A DNA stretch of 59,487 nt, counting the filler. It is 5 parts of 5 records of this genome, joined end to end, with 100 filler letters (N's around TTAATTAATTAA, not from the genome) between each part and the next. Parts side by side here need not be neighbours in the genome. Positions count along the whole stretch, not along the records: positions 8,473 to 21,732 come from SRR22947727_6009; positions 21,833 to 37,220 come from SRR22947727_6015; 3 more parts are not named here. The stretch is one strand, 5' to 3'. Numbering within the stretch: the stretch's first letter is position 1; the number at the start of each line of letters is the position of its first letter. A model generated the notes under the pieces. The model ran no database searches. It had not been told where the DNA came from and was given only the letters and a program-made list of their open reading frames with translations. Both the position numbers and the translations under genes were made by a program. This document shows, piece by piece, positions 18,734 to 28,235 of the stretch.

Positions 18734-20239
18734 TTAGGAATGAGTATGCGTTAGAAGGAATTTTTCTGCGGCAGGAAAAATAATATCTCTGCGTGCATCA
18801 CTTAACCGATCCAATGCTCTGGGCATCAATGCCAGACGCGGGTTTTGCGCAAAAAATGCGCGATTCTTTTCAATAAAACGCCAATACAAACCATCTACCA
18901 CATCGCACCACGGACCCTTTGAATAATTGCTCATCTTAAGTAAATAGTTAGACCCACAGATGTATGGCTTAGTGGCAAAGATACCGCCATCGCTGAAAAT
19001 CCCCATCCCATAAACATTTGGCCCCATCACCCAAGAGGCAGAATCTACATACATCTCCATAAACCAACGGTGGGCTGCCTTAGGTTCGATTTCACACAGC
19101 GTCATAAGGTTCGCCACAACCATAAGACGCGGAATATGGTGGCACCAACCCATCCGCTGGGTTGTCTCAATAGTTTCATCCAGCGGCACTATTCCTGTGC
19201 CGCCAACATACCAATGCTCAGTTAACTGCCTTGTGTGCGACCAATAATTTGTGCGGGCCTGCACCGCGCTATAGTTTTGATATATGCCGCGAATAAATTC
19301 CCGCCAACCCATCACCTGCCGCACAAACCCTTCCAAGCTTTGCAAAGGAATATCACGCGTCTGCGCCACGCCAACAACTCGATCCAGCACTTCGCTGGGC
19401 ACCAGTAGGCCGATATTCATCATTGGGCTAAGGACACTGTGGAAGACCGTATCAGAGCGGGTATTCATAGCATCTTCGTAGGGACCAAAATCTACCAACC
19501 TTTGGGCAATAAAATCGTCCAACCAAAGTAACGCGCCCGCTCTAGTAGTCGGCCAAGAAAATTCGTCAGCCTTGCCAGGGTGGTCAGCAAAACGCTCACT
19601 CACTAAAGCGATAACCGCTTCTAGATGCGCATTTTCCGCAACTTCGGGCAGCTCAGGTGGGTGCACATCTTTGGGTAATTTTTTGCGATTGTCCGCGTCA
19701 AAACTCCACTGATCGCCAATGGGCTTGCCTTCGGGGGTCAGCAGAATATTCAAGCGAGTGCGTTCTGCTTTATAAAACGCCGCCATCTGCGGTTTTTTCC
19801 GACCCTGGACAAAGGCTGCAAAACGTTGGCGGTCACAAAGAAACATTGGCGAGGGAATTGTCTGACAAGCAACAGACGCCGCCTTTACCGCTTGGGCCAA
19901 ATTCGCTTGAGCGGCTTTGCCTTCCACCTCAAAGTGCAGCAGAGATGCGTAACCATGGCTTTGCAAACAATCAATCACTGCTTCATTGATGGTCAGCTCA
20001 GACTCAGCATCTAGTTTGGTGTAATGCACTACCAGTCCGGCGGCACGCAGCTCGTCGGCATAAGCGCGCATAGCCGCCAGCACCAAGACGATCTTTTGCT
20101 GGTGATAGCGAAAGTGGCTACACAGGTATTGGTCTTCGGCCATAAATACTGCCGCAGACTCTAGCGCAAGCACCTGATCCAAGGGAAATAGCTGATTGCC
20201 TAGAATGAGTAATAGAGCATTAGGAGATTTCGCGACCAT
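18734..20239 (-). CDS. PhrB/CryB-like prokaryotic (6-4) photolyase family protein lacking the FeS cysteines
   Basis: LILGNQL, HQQKI, WSFDADNR, FGPYEDAM, EGFVRQVMGWRE, HHIPRLMV, PNVYGM, TKPY. Confidence 0.85.
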   Translation of the reverse strand: MVAKSPNALLLILGNQLFPLDQVLALESAAVFMAEDQYLCSHFRYHQQKIVLVLAAMRAYADELRAAGLVVHYTKLDAESELTINEAVIDCLQSHGYASLLHFEVEGKAAQANLAQAVKAASVACQTIPSPMFLCDRQRFAAFVQGRKKPQMAAFYKAERTRLNILLTPEGKPIGDQWSFDADNRKKLPKDVHPPELPEVAENAHLEAVIALVSERFADHPGKADEFSWPTTRAGALLWLDDFIAQRLVDFGPYEDAMNTRSDTVFHSVLSPMMNIGLLVPSEVLDRVVGVAQTRDIPLQSLEGFVRQVMGWREFIRGIYQNYSAVQARTNYWSHTRQLTEHWYVGGTGIVPLDETIETTQRMGWCHHIPRLMVVANLMTLCEIEPKAAHRWFMEMYVDSASWVMGPNVYGMGIFSDGGIFATKPYICGSNYLLKMSNYSKGPWCDVVDGLYWRFIEKNRAFFAQNPRLALMPRALDRLSDARRDIIFPAAEKFLLTHTHS

Positions 20240-20553
20240 ACTGACTTCCTTAATAAATCACGAGGATATTGGCGAGCAACACTTGTGCAAAACACCACAA
20301 ACGTAAACAAAAAATTTACACTTAGTTTTCCAAGATTTGGGCTGAAACGATATTCGGTTGCCAGTGAAGAAACGGTGAAGTGCGCAAAAACTGGCGCTGC
20401 TGACGCAAGAAATTTCTATACCAAGGATTGCTGGTGTTTGTTTGTAAAGACTGAATTTTGGGCATTTGCGAGTGCAGAGTTGAATGCATCACCTGCCCGG
20501 GTCTCGAACACCAATACTGGCTACGCCATGACCTTTGGGTGGCATGCTTAAGC

Positions 20554-21024
20554 TTAGGCCCCTCGCGGACCGAACCAACGTGCCAGTGCACTCCATAGAC
20601 CACGCAGCGGCACTTTTGCATCCACCAAGCCCTGTGCATAAATTGCATCGATACGCGCCCGGTCAACGCCTAAGGTACCCGAGTACTGCAAAAGCACGGC
20701 TCTGAGCAGACTGTGTTCGATGGTCCATGGCTGACCATAGACAAACACTTTGTCGATAACACCCATGCGCGCCAGCCCAAAAAAAACCAACGGCGCATGA
20801 AAACCCATGCTAAACGATCGCCACTGAAACCCGGGCTTTACTGTGAGCAGGCCATCTGCAACTGAGATCTGTTCGTCTTCAAACTCAACTCCCTGAAAGC
20901 ATTCGTGTTTAAGCACATGCGCCTCCATCACCTCATAATGAAATGAAGCGGGCTTGCTTAGCTTTAACTGAGGATTCGTGGCATTCGAATTCAAAAATAT
21001 ACACTTTTGATTGACGGACCTCAT
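20554..21024 (-). CDS. hypothetical protein, distant DUF1353-like
   Basis: Co-directional ORF after the permease; LTVKPGFQW and VDRARIDAIY...ARWFG resemble the DUF1353 layout. Confidence 0.55.
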   Translation of the reverse strand: MRSVNQKCIFLNSNATNPQLKLSKPASFHYEVMEAHVLKHECFQGVEFEDEQISVADGLLTVKPGFQWRSFSMGFHAPLVFFGLARMGVIDKVFVYGQPWTIEHSLLRAVLLQYSGTLGVDRARIDAIYAQGLVDAKVPLRGLWSALARWFGPRGA

Positions 21025-21049
21025 TTTACTACTGTTTCCACCATCAATC

Positions 21050-21732
21050 TCAATTTCTGTCGGATTTCTCGACCACTTTTGTAAACAAAATGAGGACGGT
21101 GGGCACTAAACTCAACAATATGATGCTCAAAGCAGCGGTTGAGGCTTCACCAAGACGTTCATCTGCGGCAAGACGATAAACTCTGGTAGCTAGGGTTTCA
21201 AAGTTAAAGGGCCGCAAAATAAGCGTAGCCGGCAACTCTTTCATCACATCAATGAAGACCAGTAACAGGCCACTGAAGATCGCTGGACGGAGCAAAGGCA
21301 AGTGAATTTTGCTGAGTACTCGCCCTGGCGTGGCACCCAAACTTCGAGCGGCGGCGTCTAAGTTGTAATGCAATGCTGCCATGCCCATGTGACTGCTGTT
21401 GTAAGCAACAGTTAAAAACCGCGCTACATAGACAAAAACTAAACCGGCCACAGAACCCGTAATAACAAGCCCTGTTGTAAAATCAAAGTTGTCACGCAAG
21501 AACCCGCTCAATGCGCGGTCTAAGAACGTTAAAGGCACCAACAAACCCACCGCCAAAACCATGCCGGGAATCGCATAGCCCAGTGTGGCCGTGCGCACAG
21601 CTAGCTTTATGCCAAGGTTGGCGCGCAAACGCTGGGCATAATTAAGCCAGAGGGCGGCCAACGCGCAGAGTATTGCGGCAATACTCGCTACATACACACT
21701 GTTAATTAACAGCTCGGAAAAGCCTTTGCCGA
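21050..21732 (-). CDS. Fe3+ ABC transporter permease (FbpB/FutB type), 3' part
   Basis: GYAIPGMVLAVG, DAAARSLGA (EAA loop), DVMKELPATLILRPFNFETLA. Confidence 0.9.
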
Positions 21733-21832
21733 NNNNNNNNNNNNNNNNNNNNNNNNNNNNNNNNNNNNNNNNNNNNTTAATTAATTAANNNNNNNNNNNN
21801 NNNNNNNNNNNNNNNNNNNNNNNNNNNNNNNN
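21733..21832. other. artificial contig spacer
   Basis: N44-TTAATTAATTAA-N44. Confidence 0.98.
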
Positions 21833-23520
21833 TTTTGACCTATGTAAAAGGCCCTGATTTCCCCACCGGCGGCGTGATCGTAGAAACCCCTGAATCGATG
21901 GCGCAAGCCTATCGTAGCGGCCGCGGTTCGTTTCGGTTGCGGTGCAAATGGCATGTCGAAGATCTTGGGCGCGGGCAATGGCAAATTGTGATAACGGAAA
22001 TTCCGTTTCAAGTTCAAAAATCCAAGTTAATCGAAAAAATCGCTGAATTAATCCAACTGAAAAAGCTACCGATTTTGGGTGATGTGCGCGATGAAAGCGC
22101 AGAAGATATCCGCCTCATCATCGAGCCACGGTCGAAGAACGTCGATCCGGATATGTTGATGGGTATGATGTATCGCAACTCGGATCTGGAAATTCGCTTT
22201 GCGATGAACATGAATGTCTTGATCGATGGGCTGACCCCAAAAGTTTGTAGCATGAAAGAGGTGTTGCGGGCCTTTTTGGATCATCGCCAAGAGGTACTTT
22301 TGCGCCGTAGCAAATACCGGATCGATAAAATAGATCACCGGTTGGAAGTTTTAAACGGCTTGATCATTGCGTTTTTGAATCTGGATCGGGTGATCGATAT
22401 TATCCGCTATGATGAGGATCCAAAAGCCGCGCTAATGGCCGAAATCTGGGATCCCTCAAAACCCCGCGCCACGTCTGAGGCCGATTATCGCGGCCCAAAT
22501 CTTGAACAAACAGGCAGCCTCAGCGATGTTCAAGCAGAAGCTATCCTGAACATGCGCCTTCGTTCGTTACGGCGCTTGGAAGAGGTGCAATTGGTAAATG
22601 AGCGCGAGGCGTTGACCCTCGAGCGCGCGGGGTTGCAGGCCCTGCTGGATGATACGGCGCTGCAATGGGCGAAAGTGTCTGAAGAAATCAAAGCCACAAA
22701 AAAACAATTCGGCAAAGACTATGCTGGTGGCGCGCGGCGTACGGTGTTTTCAGAAGCACAAGACGTTGAAGATGTGCCGATTGAAGCGATGATCGATCGC
22801 GAGCCAATCACCGTTGTCTGCAGCAAAATGGGGTGGATCCGCGCGATGACCGGGCATATCGACCTTGCCCGCGAGCTTAAGTTCAAGGATGGCGATGAAA
22901 GCGCTTTTATATTCCACGCCGAAACCACCGATCGGCTATTGGTCTTTGCCAGCAACGGCCGCTTTTACACAATCTCGGCCGCCAATCTGCCCGGAGGGCG
23001 AGGCATGGGCGAACCGCTGCGGTTGATGGTAGATTTGCCAAATGACTGCGAAATACTGGATATTTTAATTCATAAACCCGGGCGCCGATTGTTGGTGGCC
23101 TCTGATGCGGGGGATGGGTTTATTGTACCAGAGGATGAGATCATCGCCCAAACGCGCAGCGGCAAACAAGTGCTGAACGTACGCGGCGATGTCAAGGCAA
23201 AGACCTGCTTGCCGATTGCGGGGGATCACGTTGCGGTTGTGGGTGAAAATCGAAAAGTCTTGGTGTTTTCGATTGAAGAGCTTCCAGAAATGAACCGCGG
23301 CAAAGGCGTGCGGCTTCAAAAATATAAAGATGGCGGCCTGTCAGACGTAACCACCTTTGATATGGCCGCAGGGCTCAGCTGGCTAGATCCGGCAGGACGC
23401 ACGCGCACCGAAACGGATCTGCTGGAATGGACCTCAAAACGGGCCAGCGCGGGCCGCATGGCACCGCGCGGTTTCCCGCGCGATAACCGCTTTACAAAGC
23501 CGCCCGCCTCAAACGATTAA
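21833..23520 (+). CDS. parC: DNA topoisomerase IV subunit A (3' part)
   Basis: GPDFPTGG, VRDES, QAEAILNMRLRSL, short alphaproteobacterial C-terminal domain with GKGVRLQ. Confidence 0.93.
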
Positions 23521-24765
23521 GAGTGCGCGGAAATCATTCACATTAGTGCCTGTTGGCCCTGGCGAAAATAATTCACCCAGGGCGTCAAAAGCGCTGAACG
23601 CATCATTATTGGCAAGCGAGGCTCTTGGCTGAAGGCCCAGTTTCTGTAGCCGGACCAGCGTATCCGGGCCAACAAAGGCCCCAGCATTGCTTTCAGAGCC
23701 ATCAATACCATCAGTATCGGCGGCAAAGCCATACACGCCTGCCATCCCATCAAGCTCAATGGCCAAAGCCAAAAGAAACTCAGTATTGCGCCCGCCGCGC
23801 CCATTGCCCTTTAACGTGACTGTGGTTTCCCCGCCTGACAACAATAACACAGGTTTGCGAAACGGCCGATCGCGCAGCGCAATTTCACGTGCTATGGCCG
23901 CATGCATGCGGGCGATATCAGCCGCCTCGCCCTCAATCGCATCGGACAGGATCATCGCGGGTATTCCCAACGCCCTTGCGCGCTGCGCCGCGGCTTCCAG
24001 CGATAAGCGCGCAGATCCAATCAAACGCGCGCGATGCCCCTTAAAAACAGGATTATTGGGCAAAGGGGCCTGCACTGTGGCAATCGCGTCGCGCATGCGC
24101 CTTGGTAAATCAAGGCGATAATTATCAATTGCCGCCAATGCCTCTGCGGCCCCGCGATGATCCGGAAGGGTTGGCCCAGAAGCCACTTGCGCCATATCAT
24201 CGCCCGGAATATCGGATAATACCAAAGACAGAACCGGCGCTGGGTAAGCCGCCGCGGCAAGCCGCCCGCCCTTGATTTTGCTGAATTGTTTGCGCAGAGC
24301 GTTCATCGCTGAAATGGGCGCCCCCGAGGCCAATAAAGCTGCGTTTAAACCCTGTTCATCGGCAAGGGTGAACCCCTCGGGCGGGCAAGGCAATAATGAA
24401 GATCCTCCGCCGCAAATCAAAGCCACCACCAAATCATCCGGCGTCAAGCCCGCAACCGCATTCAGCAGCGCGGCACTGGCCCGCTCGCCCGCGGCATCCG
24501 GCACAGGATGTGCAGCCTCCAAAACCGTGATCGACTGACAGGCGGTTGCGTATCCATATCGGGTTACAATAACGCCGGTGACCGGGGCCTCATAAAGATC
24601 TTCAAAGGCAGCGGCCAATTGCGCAGCGCCTTTTCCAGCCCCCACCACAACCGTCCGGCCTTTCGGCGGGCTTGGCAAATGATCTTTCAGCACAGATTTG
24701 GCATCCGCAGCATCCACCGCGACCGCAAACAGCGTTTCAAACAGGATTTTTGGATTTTCTATCAT
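23509..24765 (-). CDS. glycerate kinase type 2 (MOFRL / TtuD family)
   Basis: VVGAGK, ICGGGSSL, KGGRLA, ASGPT, SGGETTV, GGRNTE, DTDGIDG, TGTNVND. Confidence 0.9.
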   Translation of the reverse strand: MIENPKILFETLFAVAVDAADAKSVLKDHLPSPPKGRTVVVGAGKGAAQLAAAFEDLYEAPVTGVIVTRYGYATACQSITVLEAAHPVPDAAGERASAALLNAVAGLTPDDLVVALICGGGSSLLPCPPEGFTLADEQGLNAALLASGAPISAMNALRKQFSKIKGGRLAAAAYPAPVLSLVLSDIPGDDMAQVASGPTLPDHRGAAEALAAIDNYRLDLPRRMRDAIATVQAPLPNNPVFKGHRARLIGSARLSLEAAAQRARALGIPAMILSDAIEGEAADIARMHAAIAREIALRDRPFRKPVLLLSGGETTVTLKGNGRGGRNTEFLLALAIELDGMAGVYGFAADTDGIDGSESNAGAFVGPDTLVRLQKLGLQPRASLANNDAFSAFDALGELFSPGPTGTNVNDFRALLIV

Positions 24766-24983
24766 GCTTATTTGCTAGCGCGAAGGCAGCACAGGGTAAA
24801 GAAAGAAAGGCAAAACAGATTTCAAGCACAAATCCTGATGCCGATCCGCCTTAGCCTCGCCATGAAAAGACCGATCAAACGGGCTAGGGTTAAAAACTTT
24901 TTTGCATCAAAAATTCGCATTTTATGGTTTTGTTGACTCGATTCGGAGCCAGCCGCGGGATTTAAATTTCCAAAATTTCAGTT

Positions 24984-25016
24984 TTGGACCTAAAATCAGT
25001 TATCAACTGGCCCTAT
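24984..25016 (+). promoter_or_regulatory. TauR-type direct-repeat operator upstream of tpa
   Basis: TTGGACCTAA (24984) and CTGGCCCTAT (25007), 23 nt apart; resembles the CTGGAC(T/C)TAA TauR motif. Confidence 0.75.
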
Positions 25017-25103
25017 CGAAAGCATAAGAATTAGGCTGAATGAAGCAAAGAGAAAACAGAATCCGCCCAGCGATCGGGCGCAGATAGAACAAGGAGACGT
25101 CAG

Positions 25104-26492
25104 ATGGACGGAGCGCTTTACGATAACGATATTTCCCATGTGGTCGAAGCTGACCGCGCCCATGTCTGGCATCACCTGATACAGCACAAGCCTTTTGAAA
25201 CCAATGACCCTCGGATTATTGTCGAGGGCAAGGGAATTAAGGTTTGGGATCAAAACGGAAAAGAACATGTTGACGGAGTCTCTGGCGGCGTTTGGACCGT
25301 TAACGTCGGCTATGGGCGCGAAAGCATTGCCAACGCGGTGCGCGACCAATTGATTAAGCTTAACTATTTCGCGGGCTCTGCCGGCTCGATCCCCGGGGCG
25401 CTGTTCTCTGAAAAACTGATTAGCAAAATGCCGGGTATGAGCCGGGTTTATTATTGTAACTCTGGATCTGAGGCGAATGAAAAAGCCTTTAAAATGGTGC
25501 GTCAGATCGCACATAAGCGCTATGGCGGCAAAAAGCATAAGATCCTGTATCGTGACCGTGATTATCACGGCACCACCATTGCAACGCTTTCCGCCGGTGG
25601 CCAAGATGAGCGCAACGCCCAATACGGACCCTTTACGCCAGGCTTCGTGCGGGTTCCCCATTGTTTGGAATACCGCGCCCAGTGGGATCTGACGGGCGAA
25701 GCCTACGGCAAACGCGCCGCTGACGCGATTGAAGAGGTGATTTTGGCAGAAGGGCCTGAAACCGTTGGCGCCTTGTGCCTTGAGCCAGTGACAGCTGGCG
25801 GCGGTGTTATCACCCCTCCGGAAGGTTATTGGGAACGCGTGCAAGAAATATGCACAAAATATGATATTTTGCTGCATATCGATGAAGTTGTCTGCGGCAT
25901 CGGGCGCACCGGAACCTGGTTCGGGTATCAAAATTATGGCATCAAACCCGATATGGTAACGATGGCAAAAGGCGTTGCCTCAGGATATGCCGCAATTGCC
26001 TGCATGGTCACCACCGAAGCCGTTTTTGATATGTTCAAAGACGACGCCAGCGACAAGATGAATTATTTCCGCGATATTTCAACCTTTGGCGGCTGTACCG
26101 CCGGCCCAGCTGCGGCGATCGAAAATATGCGGATCATCGAAGATGAAGGGCTTCTCGAAAATACGCTTGCGATGGGCGCGCATATGATCGAAAACTTGAA
26201 CGCGTTGGCCGAAAAACATCCTGTGATCGGCGATGTGCGCGGAAAAGGGTTGTTCTGCGGCGCCGAACTGGTGGCCGACCGCGCCACCAAAGAACCCGCT
26301 GATGAGAAGAAAGTGCAGGCTGTTGTGGCCGATTGTATGGCGCAAGGCGTGATCATCGGCGCCACCAACCGGTCATTGCCAGGCTTTAACAACTCGCTAT
26401 GTTTCAGCCCTGCGCTCATCGCCACAAAAGACGATATCAACCACATCACCGAGGCGGTTGATCAAGCGCTGGGGCGCGTTTTCGCAAGCTAA
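25104..26492 (+). CDS. tpa: taurine--pyruvate aminotransferase (class III)
   Basis: GGVWTVNVGYGR, NSGSEANE, YHGTT, DEVVCGIGRTG, AKGVASGY; next to tauR and xsc. Confidence 0.9.
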   Translation: MDGALYDNDISHVVEADRAHVWHHLIQHKPFETNDPRIIVEGKGIKVWDQNGKEHVDGVSGGVWTVNVGYGRESIANAVRDQLIKLNYFAGSAGSIPGALFSEKLISKMPGMSRVYYCNSGSEANEKAFKMVRQIAHKRYGGKKHKILYRDRDYHGTTIATLSAGGQDERNAQYGPFTPGFVRVPHCLEYRAQWDLTGEAYGKRAADAIEEVILAEGPETVGALCLEPVTAGGGVITPPEGYWERVQEICTKYDILLHIDEVVCGIGRTGTWFGYQNYGIKPDMVTMAKGVASGYAAIACMVTTEAVFDMFKDDASDKMNYFRDISTFGGCTAGPAAAIENMRIIEDEGLLENTLAMGAHMIENLNALAEKHPVIGDVRGKGLFCGAELVADRATKEPADEKKVQAVVADCMAQGVIIGATNRSLPGFNNSLCFSPALIATKDDINHITEAVDQALGRVFAS

Positions 26493-26511
26493 GCCGGCCC
26501 TAAAAGCCATT

Positions 26512-26537
26512 CTCTTGCCCCAGGTAAGGGGCAAGAG
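26512..26537 (+). terminator. 10-bp stem-loop after tpa (terminator or stabiliser)
   Basis: CTCTTGCCCC-AGGTAA-GGGGCAAGAG; no clear U tract. Confidence 0.45.
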
Positions 26538-26650
26538 GGGCCCGCCATTGGGCCGCATTTAGGCCAACCAAAAGGCCCGCCCCATGCCTTTTCTGCGCAA
26601 TATGAACGGTCGGGATTCTGCGTTTACCTTTTTGGAAAAAACAGGCTAAA

Positions 26651-26665
26651 CTGGACTTATGTCCA
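26651..26665 (+). promoter_or_regulatory. TauR-like box overlapping the tauR start codon
   Basis: CTGGACTTAT|GTCCA, including a TGGAC-N4-GTCCA inverted repeat. Confidence 0.55.
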
Positions 26666-28113
26666 TCCCAATAGAAACTTTCTTTTTAGATCCAGACGCC
26701 GAGGGCACGCTGCAGGGCCGCATTCAACAAATGATCGCGGAAGGCATTTTATCGGGGCGATTTCAGAAAAATGAAAAATTGCCATCAACGCGGCGCCTTG
26801 CGACGCATTTGGGCATTAGCCGCATTACCGTTACATTGGCTTATACCGAATTACTGGCCAATGAATACCTGACCTCGAAAGGGCGCTCAGGATATTATGT
26901 GTCCCCCGAAGCGCCCGACCCCCCCCAGTTTAAGCCACTGCCTAAATCGGAAGAAAAGGTGGATTGGACACGCGCCATCGCCAAGCATTATTCAGAAACA
27001 TCCACCTTTGAAAAACCCGAAGATTGGGCGCGCTATAAATTTCCCTTCATTTATGGGCAAACCGATCCCTCGCTTTTTGATCACGCAAACTGGCGCGCAT
27101 GCGCGATGAAAGCGCTTGGCGCGAAAGACTTCCCATCTTTAACCGCTGATTACTTTGATCGCGATGATCCCGAGCTTATTGAATTTATCGCCCGGCAAAC
27201 CTTACCCCGACGCGGGATCATCGCAGCTCCGGATGAGATTTTGGTTACATTGGGTGCGCAAAATGCCTTGTGGCTGTCAACGCAAGTGTTGCTCAACCAG
27301 CGCCGCAAAGCCGTGATCGAAAACCCTTGTTATCCGGCCTTGCGCGATATTCTGTACCAGTCGCGCTGCCATATTGCCGCGGTGGATGTGGATGATTATG
27401 GCCTGCCCCCGCATCGGATCCCAAATGACAGCTCGGTTATCTTCACAACCCCAAGCCATCAATGTCCAACAACGGCCACCATGCCATTGCAGCGCCGCAA
27501 AGCCCTATTGTCCAAAGCGCAAGCCTTAGATGCTTTAATCATCGAGGATGATTACGAATTCGAAATGTCGTTTTTGACGCCGCCATCTCCAGCCTTGAAA
27601 TCATTGGATGAAGATGGCCGCGTGATTTACGTTGGATCCTTTTCCAAATCGCTCTTTCCTGGGCTACGGCTTGGATATTTGGTCGGATCTGCGGCTTTTA
27701 TCCGCGAAGCGCGGGCGCTGCGTGCCAGCGTTCTGCGCCACCCCCCGGGCCATATTCAAAGAACCGCTGCCTATTTTCTGCGCCTTGGCCATTATGATGC
27801 GCTGATCAAACGCATGGGAAAAACATATTTACAGCGCAGCAAAGTGATGGAGCAAGCAATCGCAGACCATAGCCTTGAAATTGCCGGCAAAGGGATGCAT
27901 GGCGGCTCTTCTTTCTGGATGCGCGCGCCAAATGGATGTGACACCACTGAATTGGCCGCTAAGCTCAGAGAGCAAAGCGTGTTGATCGAACCAGGGCAAG
28001 CTTTTTTTAACGACAGCACGCCGCCCAAAAACTATTATCGTTTGGCATTTTCCTCAATTCCCGCGGATAAAATTAACGCGGGTATCGCAGGAATAGCGGC
28101 GATCCTGCGCTAA
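26659..28113 (+). CDS. tauR: MocR/GntR-family PLP-dependent regulator of taurine genes
   Basis: wHTH LPSTRRLA...SRITV, TPSHQCPT, IEDDY, GSFSKSLFPGLRLGY; upstream of xsc. Confidence 0.88.
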   Translation: MSIPIETFFLDPDAEGTLQGRIQQMIAEGILSGRFQKNEKLPSTRRLATHLGISRITVTLAYTELLANEYLTSKGRSGYYVSPEAPDPPQFKPLPKSEEKVDWTRAIAKHYSETSTFEKPEDWARYKFPFIYGQTDPSLFDHANWRACAMKALGAKDFPSLTADYFDRDDPELIEFIARQTLPRRGIIAAPDEILVTLGAQNALWLSTQVLLNQRRKAVIENPCYPALRDILYQSRCHIAAVDVDDYGLPPHRIPNDSSVIFTTPSHQCPTTATMPLQRRKALLSKAQALDALIIEDDYEFEMSFLTPPSPALKSLDEDGRVIYVGSFSKSLFPGLRLGYLVGSAAFIREARALRASVLRHPPGHIQRTAAYFLRLGHYDALIKRMGKTYLQRSKVMEQAIADHSLEIAGKGMHGGSSFWMRAPNGCDTTELAAKLREQSVLIEPGQAFFNDSTPPKNYYRLAFSSIPADKINAGIAGIAAILR

Positions 28114-28114
28114 T

Positions 28115-28147
28115 CTGGATCTATTTTGCATATCAAACTGGCCCTAA
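28115..28147 (+). promoter_or_regulatory. TauR-type direct-repeat operator upstream of xsc
   Basis: CTGGATCTAT (28115) and CTGGCCCTAA (28138), same 23-nt spacing as at tpa. Confidence 0.75.
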
Positions 28148-28235
28148 CAGTCGCGACGGCGCCTTTGTAAACAGACCATGTAAATTATGGCTATGATGCC
28201 CGATTCCAAATCGTTCCCTCAGGAGACCCAGCAAG

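Noticed and set aside
20285-20551. 88-aa and 114-aa ORFs between the photolyase and the hypothetical gene
   Set aside because: No RBS or motifs; more likely the photolyase promoter region
24996-25931. 311-aa ORF antisense to tpa, and similar long antisense ORFs in the DsbA-like gene, rpoC1 and rpoC2
   Set aside because: Shadows of well-supported genes, with no motifs or RBS
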